Under the pieces are notes generated by a model that was not told where the DNA came from, made no database searches, and saw only the letters and a program-made list of their open reading frames with translations. Source: Saprolegnia diclina VS20 (taxonomy: Eukaryota). From it: DNA of 64,000 nt. The position numbers and the translations under genes were made by a program. Shown here piece by piece: positions 45,501 to 55,723 of this stretch. The DNA is taken from the NCBI RefSeq assembly GCF_000281045.1, contig NW_008246075.1:715344-779343 (forward strand), read 5' to 3'. Each line of letters opens with the position of its first letter. The stretch's first letter is position 1.

Positions 45501-46664
45501 CGCAGTGCGCCCCATGTGACGGCGCGTTGGCCACCCGACGTGGTCTTGACGCTGTGTGAGTTTCTGTCGTTCCGGGACCTTGCGCACTTGGCGTCGACGT
45601 CGCGAGCGCATCGCGATGACGTGTTTACCGCCGACGTGTGGCACACGCTGTTTGTGCGCCGCTGCGGCGCGCCGCCGTCCAGCATTCGAGACGACACGTG
45701 GCACCGCGTCACGCACGTGCCGTCGACGCGGCTCTTCTCCGACACGCTCTGCGTGCGCGTCGAGCGCTGCTTGTTGCAGTGGTTTTGCGACTGGGACTTG
45801 CCCCATACGCGCGTGGTCCCGCCGACTCTACCGTTGCCGCAGACCGAGAGCGTCTGGAAGCGCGTGCTGGCGGTCATCGACGGCGGCGGCGCGTTCTACC
45901 ACTGCCAACTCTGCAAGGCATTTGAGGTAGTCACGCCGCACCAAGCGCGCTTCGAGCACGCGTACGCTTGCGAGGAGCACCAGACGTCGTCGTGGGTGCC
46001 GTCGCTGTGCGGCTGCACGCACCCGATCACGCGCGCGCGCAAGGTCGCCCACCGCCGCTGCCTCGAAAACTCGTTATTCGACCAAGACATTTGTGAGGTG
46101 CATGCGACGGCGGTGCTCGGGTGGCGGCCGCCAACGACGGTCCTCGAGCTGTCGCGGACGACGCGGATCGACGCTACGTTTGTGCTCTCGTGCCTCAAAG
46201 TGCTGCTGGTGCTGGCGGCCGTCCTGCAGTACGCGGGCTTTGGCTGGAAAGCGCCGGCGTTGTACCTCTGGCTCATGCACACGACGTTTCTGAGCTCGCT
46301 CTTGCACTCAAGTCGGTTTGACTTGGTCATCCAGCGCATCTGGGACGACCTCTTTGCGTTCCCGCTCTACTTGCGGCTCTACTATACCCTCTTTGCGTCG
46401 AGCTTTCTACTCGTGTTGTGGTGCTCGCCGCTCTGGTCAAGTGCGTCGTACGTTCTCCACGGGCTCTTTGTCCTCAACGTCTGCCTCTACGCACTCCTTT
46501 CGTCGCTGACGCTGTTTGCGTTTTGGAAGACGCACGCCGGGGTGCGCACCGTCCTCTCGCCGCGCCCCCACATGGCGAGCTTGCCCCTCCGCGCCCGCTG
46601 CACGCTCTGCCGCCTCCATCTCTGCGTCACGCCCGCCCAAGTCGTCGTTGTGCCCAGTGAGTAG
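42520..46664 (+). CDS. large multi-pass membrane protein with WQPFxGG repeats, F-box and RING-CH-like domain, spliced
   Basis: ORFs 42433-43731 and 43743-46664 join through a GT-AG intron near 43688-43731; five WQPFxGG..Q..GW repeats; F-box WPPDVVLTLCEFLSFRDL; CQLC..CGC..HRRC..CEVH. Confidence 0.8.
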
Positions 46665-46727
46665 TAGGTCCTGCCTTTGATCAGCTCTCTATCCAATGCT
46701 GCATGCCAATTGTTTTGTGAGTTGCCG

Positions 46728-46756
46728 AGGGGTAGGGTTAGGGGTAGGGGTAGGGT
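46728..46756. repeat. telomere-like G-rich hexamer repeat (potential G-quadruplex)
   Basis: AGGGGT AGGGTT AGGGGT AGGGGT AGGGT. Confidence 0.75.
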
Positions 46757-46780
46757 CGAACGAGGATCACATTACATAGA

Positions 46781-49043
46781 CTAGGCCCTTGTCTCGGGCG
46801 AGAGGAGCGTGCGCGTGATGCTGAGCACGAGCGCGTGTTGCAGCATTTGCGTCTGCTTGCATTCGTTCGCTTCGGGCAGGTAGCTGCGCGGGCTCTGGAG
46901 GATGCGCAAGCACGTTTCAAAGTCGGCGTCCAAAATGACGGGCTCGAGTTCGTCGAGGACGACGAGCGCGAGGCCGCAGAGGACGCGGTGCCGGTCGATG
47001 CAATAGAGATCGAGGAAGCGCAGCGCGAGGCTCGGGCCAAATGTCTCGAGTGACGAGAAGAGGGTGAGGAACCACCGAGCAGCAAACATCGACACATGGA
47101 CACCGAGGTGGTCGAGATGCACATGGAGCTCGGGCAGCTGCTCGCGGATGAGCACGTCGAGCTACGCAAACGTTGATACATTGATAGTTTGGGCCGTTGT
47201 ACCTTTGTAAAGAGAGACTGGAGCACGTGAAACCCGGGTTCGTACAGGGAGCTTGCACCTTCAATGAGCTCCACAAACGTCCAAAAGACACTGGCTTCGT
47301 CCGAGGAAGGGGTCTCGAGCAGCAGTCGAATGATAAAGTTCATGCCCTGGCAGTACCCAATGCGAGGGTTGTGCACCACGTAGGCGCGGAGAAGACGGCG
47401 CATCTGCGCTTCCATGGCCATCGCCCGCTCGACCCTTGCGCTGTCGCTGTGCCGGGGACTGTGCTGATGCGTCGTTTGAACGCGCGCGGCTTCGACGAGC
47501 GCGGCCACGTCGTCCGAGACTGCGTCGTCCGCAAACTCGGTCGTCGCGTCGCCACGCACGTCCTTGTAGCACGTCCGGCGCACGTCAACGTCAATGTCGC
47601 TAAACCAGTGCACCAGCCGCGCATCGGGGTCCGAGTCTACTCAGTGCATCGTCAGTCGACGTCGAGTGCTCACCTTGACGCTACCGGGCAGCGTCTCGAC
47701 GGACGCGTGCGAGAGGTGCACCATGTAGGCGCCTCGCTGCAGGAGTGCTTGGTAGTCTGTCCGGTGCGAATGGAGCCGGCCGTGCCGGGTGTGAAAGTAC
47801 CAGAGCCAAAAGCGGCTGCGGAGGTGCGTCGGGACGCCGCCGGCGCGCACCGCGCGGTGCCACAGCGCTGGCCGGCATAGGATGCCGTTGTAGAAGCCCT
47901 TGGCGGCCATGCCAAACTGGCACAGCGACACGACGTCAAGGTATGCGCCAATCGCAAGCACGTCCGAGTCTTGGAAATGACGTGGCAGCGTCGCGCTCGA
48001 GAACCGCGTCGTCGGCGGGTGGGCCTGCTCGTCGAGCGCCCAGAGCGCGCTCTCAATGCCGCGCCACTCGTTTGGAGCGAGCGCCAAAGGTTTAGATTGG
48101 TGCTACGGAATGAGTAGTACTTGGGAGAAAAAGTAAAATACCTTGGGTCGCGGTGGGCTCGGCAGCGCCGGCGTCGGCGCCTTATCGGGTGTAATCGACC
48201 ACGACCGGCGGACAAAGCCCGGAAACCACGACGTCTCGGCGTAGCGACGCGGCGAAGACGGGCTGAGCAGCGGAGCTGAAATGAGTGCGTTTGCTGACGC
48301 AGGCGGCAGCAGCAGCGCGGGCATGTCGGTGGCTGCTGCTGGCGGCGAGGACGGTGGTGGTGACGCTGGGAGGTCGGGCGTCGCATTGCTCAAGTTGTCC
48401 CATAGCTTCTTTTGCGCCTGCGAAAAGAACTTGGCAATGTGCAGCTTCTACTAAACGAGTGAAACGATGGGGAACGAGAAGGGCGTACCATGATCTCAAA
48501 GATCTCGGCGCGGATCTGCGCTTCGTCGGCTTGAAGCTGCTGGATGTCGTCCATGCGCTGGCGGGTAAATGTCTGGTATGCTTGCCACGCGCGCTCGAGC
48601 TTGTACTGCCGCTCAAGCTTGGCGTCGTCGGGGATGCGCGAGACGTCGAGCTTGAGGAGGTCGTAGTCCATGACGAGCCGGTCGCGCTGTTGCAGCTGGA
48701 GACGCAGGAACGCGCAGCGTTGCATGAGCGCTTGCAGCGGCGCCAACACCGTGAGCGTCACCGCCTGCTCCATGGCCTCTGCTTGCTCGCGCAGTGCGTG
48801 CAGCGTCGCAAAGTAGCTGCTGCCTGACGGCTTGATCTGCTGGAACGTCGCGACAAGCGTGTGGCAAAACGTGTGGCAGCTCGACAAGGCCGTGAGCACC
48901 TGATGGTGCAGATGCGGCAGCGCCTCCTCCATGGCCGTGAAGGCGCCGCAGAGGATCTCGAAGGACGGGTCCTCGACCGACTGGGCGACGCCCATCGCGG
49001 CCAGCGTCTTGTACTTGAGCTGGCGCATGTTGAGGGCCAGCAT
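46781..49043 (-). CDS. TBC-domain Rab-GAP with N-terminal BAR-like and F-box-like regions, spliced
   Basis: GGVPTHLRSRFW, IDVDVRRT (IxxDxxR), YCQGMNFI (YxQ), MFAARWFLTLFS; N-terminal helical region with RDRLVMDYD. Confidence 0.85.
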
Positions 49044-49473
49044 CGTCGCGTCGCCCGGATCTTGCTGTCAGAAAAGCCGGCGGTTATCGGTATCCGGATA
49101 AACCCAGTCGGCCAATGAGCTCCCACTTGCAGCGGCGAACGCACATGAATCTTCCGAAACCGCGGGACGGGGCGGGCGGCGTCGCAGCTGCAGGCGACTA
49201 CAGTCCCATGGCCTTGGTGCTGGTGGGTATGGCCGAGCGGGGCGCGGTCGTCGGTGGCGTGCTTACGTAGGGCGAGGCGGAAGTAGCTGTGGGCAGCTCC
49301 GCGCCGACGTGGAAGTGGCTACTGCATTAGTAGCTGGCACTACACGAGAGGAGACGCACAAAGGAAGAGTCGTGTTCAAAGACATCGATGTACATGACAT
49401 GGGCGTGAGAGCTTGGACAGGCGACTGTCAAAGCCATGCCGGCAATAAATATATTCTAAGCTAGCGCAGTCGC

Positions 49474-50127
49474 TCACGCTGCGACGCGGGTCGGCTGGCG
49501 GGTCGGCTGAAGGTCGTTTTCCGCAAAATTGAGCTCCTCTTCGTCATAGTTGAGGTACGTCTCGTAGCGGTCCGAGAGCAGCTGTAAGAGAGGCTCCTCG
49601 AGCGTGCTGCGCGAGATGGCCTCCGTGTCAGTGATGGCCGACGGCGACGAGACTGGATTCGGTGCTTCGTTCGAGAGGAGGATGCTGTCGAGGTACGCCA
49701 GTTCTTCGCCGCTGCAGACGGGCGCGGCGACCGTGATCGGCGACTCCGAACCGGCTGGCAATGCCTTTCGTGTGCCCACGTCGCCATCGTCGTGGTCCCA
49801 TTTCGAGGTATGGTCGCGGGCCGACGCTTTGGCCTCGTTCAGCCGTTGGATTTCGATCTGAATCTGCGACTGCTCGTCCTGTTCCACGACGCGGAAGAGC
49901 TTGGTGACCGAGCCAGGTAGTAGCTGGTCTACAAACGCGGGGTCGACGGGGTCGCAGAGGTAGCCGTCGCCCACCTTGCGCTTCAATTTGGCCCGACGCT
50001 CATCGAGGAAGGGCTCACGCCACTGCCACGGGCACTTGAGGAGCGCAAGGGAGCAGTTGGCGCCATGGAGCTTGAGCTCGGAGGAGCCGACGGGGCAGTC
50101 GCAGTGGATCGTCGAGGGCGCGTCCAT
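49474..50127 (-). CDS. hypothetical protein
   Basis: 217-aa ATG ORF with coding bias; core promoter motif upstream. Confidence 0.7.
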   Translation of the reverse strand: MDAPSTIHCDCPVGSSELKLHGANCSLALLKCPWQWREPFLDERRAKLKRKVGDGYLCDPVDPAFVDQLLPGSVTKLFRVVEQDEQSQIQIEIQRLNEAKASARDHTSKWDHDDGDVGTRKALPAGSESPITVAAPVCSGEELAYLDSILLSNEAPNPVSSPSAITDTEAISRSTLEEPLLQLLSDRYETYLNYDEEELNFAENDLQPTRQPTRVAA

Positions 50128-50154
50128 CTCGGTGCTGGAAGAAGAAGAAGACTT

Positions 50155-50169
50155 GGAATTTGAAAATGG
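50155..50169 (-). promoter_or_regulatory. INR+FPR-like core promoter
   Basis: CCATTTTCAAATTCC on the minus strand, about 30 nt before ATG 50127. Confidence 0.55.
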
Positions 50170-50974
50170 AGAATCTCGGCTTGGAGGTTTTGGCTGGCTT
50201 TTTCCCCTGGTAAATTATATGGCCGCTAGCAAATGATTCGGCCACCTGCCTTGCGATTGGGCACTTGTCGCAAGGCCAATGTGTGATTGGCTGCCTATTT
50301 TCGGACGAACTTTAACCGCGCGCACTTGAAGGACCGCTCCCAACGCGCCGTTTTATTGCATTTTCGGGATTGTATGGGCTTTTCTATGCACTACCAAAAT
50401 GCAACCAAACCTGCGACACGTCCAGCAATTAACCGGTTGCGTCAACAGCGCCGTGGCCAACCGCCAGCCGACCAACGCATCCTCCGAGCGAAGCGACGAC
50501 GAGCCAAGCTGCCGATCCCCGCTTTAAAAAGTGAATGAGCCAAGCTCAGTCGACCCCGGGCGGGCCAGCAGCAACCTGCTTGAAGCACAAACAGCTTTGA
50601 ACTGGGCTGCAGAGGGCACACCTCGATACACATGATGCTACACCACCGCTTGCTTCCTCCTCGCTCCGGGCGATGCTGGCGCTTTGATCACCATATGGCG
50701 GAGAATGACCTTTCTCGAAGGGATGGCCTTCGCCAGCAATCGGCGAAGGATGACGAGGGGCCATCGATCGTGCCATAGCACAGTGCCTCATGGATCCATC
50801 CATCGGCGAGCTTCGCTGGGCGCCACAGCTGGACGCTCGTCCTCGGCGCATGTCCCACCTTGCCTATCAACAAGGGCAGAGAGAAATATTTCTTTTCACA
50901 GGTTTTAATAACCTTTGGATATATATATATGTTGTGACAGGATATGCAAAGTGACGGTATAGATCCAAGATCCC

Positions 50975-53900
50975 ATGCAGGTCCTACCGTCGCTGCCCCA
51001 TGGCGGGCCGCAGGAAGAGCGCTCGAGGCGACTCCTGCAGCGCGACCAGCCCTTCGACCGACCGCTGCCACCGCTGCCGAAGGAACGCGAATTCGTCGTC
51101 CCCATGGACGTTCGGGCGCAAGAAGAGGTCTACCAGGAGAAGCTCGCTGCGCAGACGGACGAGCTCGCGTTCCTGAAAAAGTACGTCGAGCGCATCCTCA
51201 ACCAGCTCCGGCGCGTCCTCGTCAAGCACAACGAGCTCGAGCAGCTGCAACAGCTCTGCGACCCGATCGCACTGCAGGCCGACGACGACGGCAGCGCGCC
51301 GCTCCCGAGCCCGCCATGGTTCACGTCCAAGGAGTACATGAGCCCGCTCTTTGCAGCGTACGAGAGCCGTATCAAGGAGCTCGTAGGCCATTGCATCCAT
51401 GCGTCGTTGACGCTATTGACGCGCGTAGGAAGCCACTGTCGACAAGCACAAGCGGGATCTCGATGCGTTTGTGGGCCACGCCGACGCGCTCGCTCGGGAC
51501 AACGAGCGGCTCCAGCAGTACGACCGAGACGTCCATCCATCATCAACGTAGCTTCCTCCTCCTGCATTGCGTAGTGAGCTCAGCGTGACGATGGACAAAC
51601 TCGTGCTGCAGTCGGACGTCCCTGTCGCGATGCGCTCGGGCGTCGACTTTTTCACCGACCAGCGCAAGCCCGACGTGAACATCAACGACCAGCTCGCCGA
51701 CTTGAACGAGCGCATCGAGCTGCTCATGTCGGTATGGCATCCTCAGACATGCGTGAGCAATGCCAACACTCTGGTGCAGGAGAACAGCTTGCTCGTGGAG
51801 CAGGCGTCGCTCCAAGAGACCGAGCTCGACGACTTTCGGCGCGACGTGGCCGAGCGCGATACACAGCTGCTCACGATGAGCCAGAATTTCAACCAAGCGA
51901 CGCTCGCGATCCAAGAGCTCCGCGATACGACCGACCACATGAAGCACGACAAGCAGCGCGCCGAAGCCCAAGTGCAGCAGTTTGCCGCGACAATAGCCCA
52001 GCTCGAGGCGCAGAAAGAGACCATTTTGGCCCACGTGCAAAGCCACAAGGACGCCGTCGTCAAGTACGAGGTACGAAGGACGGCAACCTACCATCGACTG
52101 CACCAGTCCTGTTAGCTCCAAGTGCAAGAGTACGAGCACCGATTGACCCAGATCAAAGCTGCGAACGAGCAAAAGCAAAGCACGGTGACCAAGCGCTACC
52201 AAGGCGTGTGCGAACGACTCCGTGAACTCACGTCGGCGCTCGACGGGAAGGACAAGCAGCTCGAGCAGCTCCAGGTAGATGCGAGCTCACATTATTTGGG
52301 TCCTGGGATGTGATCGGCAAGTGTAGGAGATCTACAATGCGACGAGCCACGAGCTCGAGATGGTCAAAAGCGATTGCGAAGGGATGCTCAAGGTGATGCA
52401 GTCGATGGAGAAGCAGCTCGGCGAGTACGCGTCGCGCGAAGACGCTGTGACAGAGGTACGTGCCCGCAGCCACTGGGTATTGAAAATAGTTGGTGTAGCT
52501 CGAGCGTGCAAGTCAAGAGCGGGCCCAAGCCGTGATCCTCGAGCGCGATCAAGTACATGCAAAATGCCACGTCCGTCGCGTGACAGTGCGTAGGCCAAAG
52601 CCAAAGAGACGCAGTGTCGACGGGAGATTGCTCGGCTCACGGAACAAAAGCGCGTCGCTACGGCCGAGTACCTCAAACTTCAAGACGAGAGCGTCGAGAA
52701 GCTCCGGCGCAAGTCGGATCTTTACGATACCGCCCGTATACTGAAGATCCGTAGGCTCGAGAACGAGCTGGCCTATCGCAGCGACGAGCTCAAGCACGCT
52801 CAGACCACGATCGTGACGCTCAAGATGCAGCTCGTACGTCGACGGCGTTCCGCCCCCTTGAATCTCATGCCGGTGGGTAGGAAAACGCGATGCGACTGCA
52901 TGTCGACGCGGAGCGAAGCCTTCGCGACCTCACGACGCAGAGTGAGGCCCGCGTGGCCGTGTTCCAGGTCTATCCATGGTTGCTTCCACACGGCTTCAAA
53001 GTAGCGTAGGACAAGTTTGAACACATGGTTGCCCGGGTCGCGTCGTCCGAGCTCGTTAGAGACGAGGTACCGTCTTGTTCGAGCTGGCGTCGGGGCTCCC
53101 TCCAACATTGTAGGCGCTCGCCAAAGAAACGCAAATCGCTGCAACGCTGACGGCCAAGGAGCTCCAGTTTGAACGCGTCCTCGCCGAGGTGCAGGAGAAG
53201 TGGCAGATCGAGAAGGACCAAAGAGGAGGCTTGGAGCGCGAACTGGAAGTGCGCCGCGCCGAGGTGCGCGAGGCCCACGAGGCGCTCGCTGCCAAGGAGC
53301 GACACGTCGCGGCGATGACCAAGGAGCTGCACGACGTCCGGAGCGACGTGTCGGCCAAGCAAAAGTACCAAATCGACATGTATGTGCAGCAAATTCGCGA
53401 ACTCAAGGCGCGCCTCGACCAAGTTGAGACCGAGCTCGTGCGGGTAGGTGAGCCGTAGCGTCGATTGTCATGTCGACGCGCCAGTAGGCAAAGAACGAGA
53501 CCACCAAGATGGAGCACATGCTCCGCATGGACCATCAGCGCATGGAAGGCCGCTTCAAGAGCGAGATGGATGTGTCGGCGAGCCGGCTCAGCCGCCTCAA
53601 GGACGAGAAGGCCCGGGTCGAGTCCCAGCTCCAGGAGATCCAGGCGCGCCACGCCTCGTATGGCTCCAAGGTCCACCACTGCAATGGATCACCGTGTACC
53701 CAAACGCCATCGAAATTAGCTCATTGCGCTCGAGCAAGAGCTGGCCGAAGCGCACCACCAATGCTCGCAAATGCAAATGCACGTCGAAGAGGCCGAGCGC
53801 AAAGCATCGGACGTCGGCGCCCAACTCGCAATGCTGCTTGCGACGCAGCACCAGCACATGCGGCACGACGTCGAACTCAAGTCGGCGCTGGACCGCACGC

Positions 53901-54057
53901 GGCTCGAGAAGGCGCGGCTCGAACGCGAGCTTTCCGTACGCTTCACATCCTTTTGCCCTCTCTCGGTAGCATGCCCAACTAGGTGCTGCGCAAGACACCG
54001 TCGTCCGACATGAGCAGCATGCAAAAAGCGCTCGCAATCGAGTCCCGAGCGAGTTGA
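50975..54057 (+). CDS. long coiled-coil protein, SCLT1 (sodium channel and clathrin linker 1)-like, multi-exon
   Basis: ELAFLKKYVERILNQLRR..YMSPLFAAYESRIKEL..DNERLQHEL resembles the SCLT1 N-terminus as I recall it; the rest is heptad coiled coil. Confidence 0.65.
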
Positions 54058-54554
54058 TATCAAAATGAGCGCCTGAAGGCGTCGGAGGTGGCACCACTCC
54101 AGCCAGTACGTAGTTGATACAGAGCGATGCGGTGTTATAAGGCCACTTGAATGGAAAAGATACGATGACAGCTGCGTCGTCGGGCTTGAAATGCGCGTCG
54201 CCACCGACGTCGCCGCCGCCAAAACATTCGATCGGCCGACAATGCTGGACACGCGATCTTATGCAACCGGATGCCAAGATACGCCTCCGGTTACGCGGGC
54301 CGCCGGTCGTCATTTGCATCGAAAGGCGCGCGCTCTAGAGTCGACAAGGACACGAGTGGAACCAGTGTAAGCAGACGCGACGGATGCGCTAGTTCTTATC
54401 GACTTGGCAGTAGATCTGGATCACGCAACTTAGTGCGTCCTTGAGACGGCGCCACGCAAGCTACTTTTGCTGAGCGCGGCGCCCGATCTCCGCCGACGGG
54501 CCACACGCGCAAGAGGTCGTTCGTTTTCAATTCATTTTTCAATTAAAAGCTTCG

Positions 54555-55523
54555 ATGCCAGGTCCGCTCTGCCTTCTCTACACGGTCGTGTTCGACGGCC
54601 TCGCACTCGCGACCGGCGTCACCTCGGCCGGGTCCGTCGGCGCGCTCGCTGGCGCCGTCGCCCTCTCGATGCCGCTGCTCAGCCTCCCACGTACGTCGAT
54701 CCTATGCACGAATACGAACGTATGCGGTCGTCTGTAGTGCTAGTGTGCTGGAAGATCGATGACGAGTTTGATCGTCCGTGGATTGAGACGCTATTTGGGC
54801 TCTGGCTCATGGATGCGACCCTCCTTCTTCGCACTCTGTGTGCGATCCGCGTGACGCCCTTTGCAGCGTACGTCCGCAAGCCTCAAAGCACGCGATTCAA
54901 GCGCTGTGTGTAGGCGCCAGCTCCTCACGCGTGCTCTCTTTGTCGCCACGCACGTGGCCGTGGCGCTGCGCCTCGACGGCCACCTCGATTGGCACTGGAG
55001 CTCTGTCTTTCTTCCGCTGACATTGAGTCTCTTTTGCGGCGCGTCGCCGGTACCCGTGCTCCAAGTGCTTCTTCTCGGTCTCCACCTCGATGGCATCCTC
55101 ACGTGGTCGTATCCCGCGCTCTTGGCGCCGATGTGGGTTCCGCTTGTCGTCGTCGGTGTCATCCTGGTACATCCCATGACTCTCGAGCAACCGAGATGAC
55201 TCAAACCGCGACTAGCCAATGGGAACACTGTACGGACACGGGTCCTTCCTGCGCAACGCCATGCGGCTCGTCGCGTCGTGGGCTGCGGCCACGCTCTTCG
55301 TGGGGCCGTCGCTTCTGCTAGTCGTACGGCTCGAGTACGCTTGCTTTCCTGCCATCTACATTGCTCTTCCGTGGATCGTCCTCTACAGCCTTTGTGTGCT
55401 TGGGGTACATGTCCGCTTGATGCATAGCGTCGTATCTCATGCGTCTCCGCTGCGTAGGCGCTTGCGTCGTCGACGAAGGAGGCGTCCCGCCGTGGGCACT
55501 TCGAGACCTTTACAGTCGTCTAA
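54555..55523 (+). CDS. TMEM185/FAM11 (transmembrane Fragile-X-F) family protein, spliced
   Basis: Repeated LxxxLDxxxxWxWxxxxxPLW units: WKIDDEFDRPW, LRLDGHLDWHWSSVFLPL, LHLDGILTWSYPALLAPMW. Confidence 0.75.
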
Positions 55524-55723
55524 CTCAATACGACCGCTTATTTATTCCTACACTTGGAGCATGCTAGAAGATGTGAACTGGGAGCCGATCTGTGCTGTCC
55601 GCTTGCCACGTCACGGCCGCTTTTTCGAGGATCTTATTCGTTGGTTCGGGCAGAGTATGGGTATACAATGATCAAGGTATTCCAGTGGTCGGTGGCCGCT
55701 GGCGTGGTGGATCTTGGAAAAGA

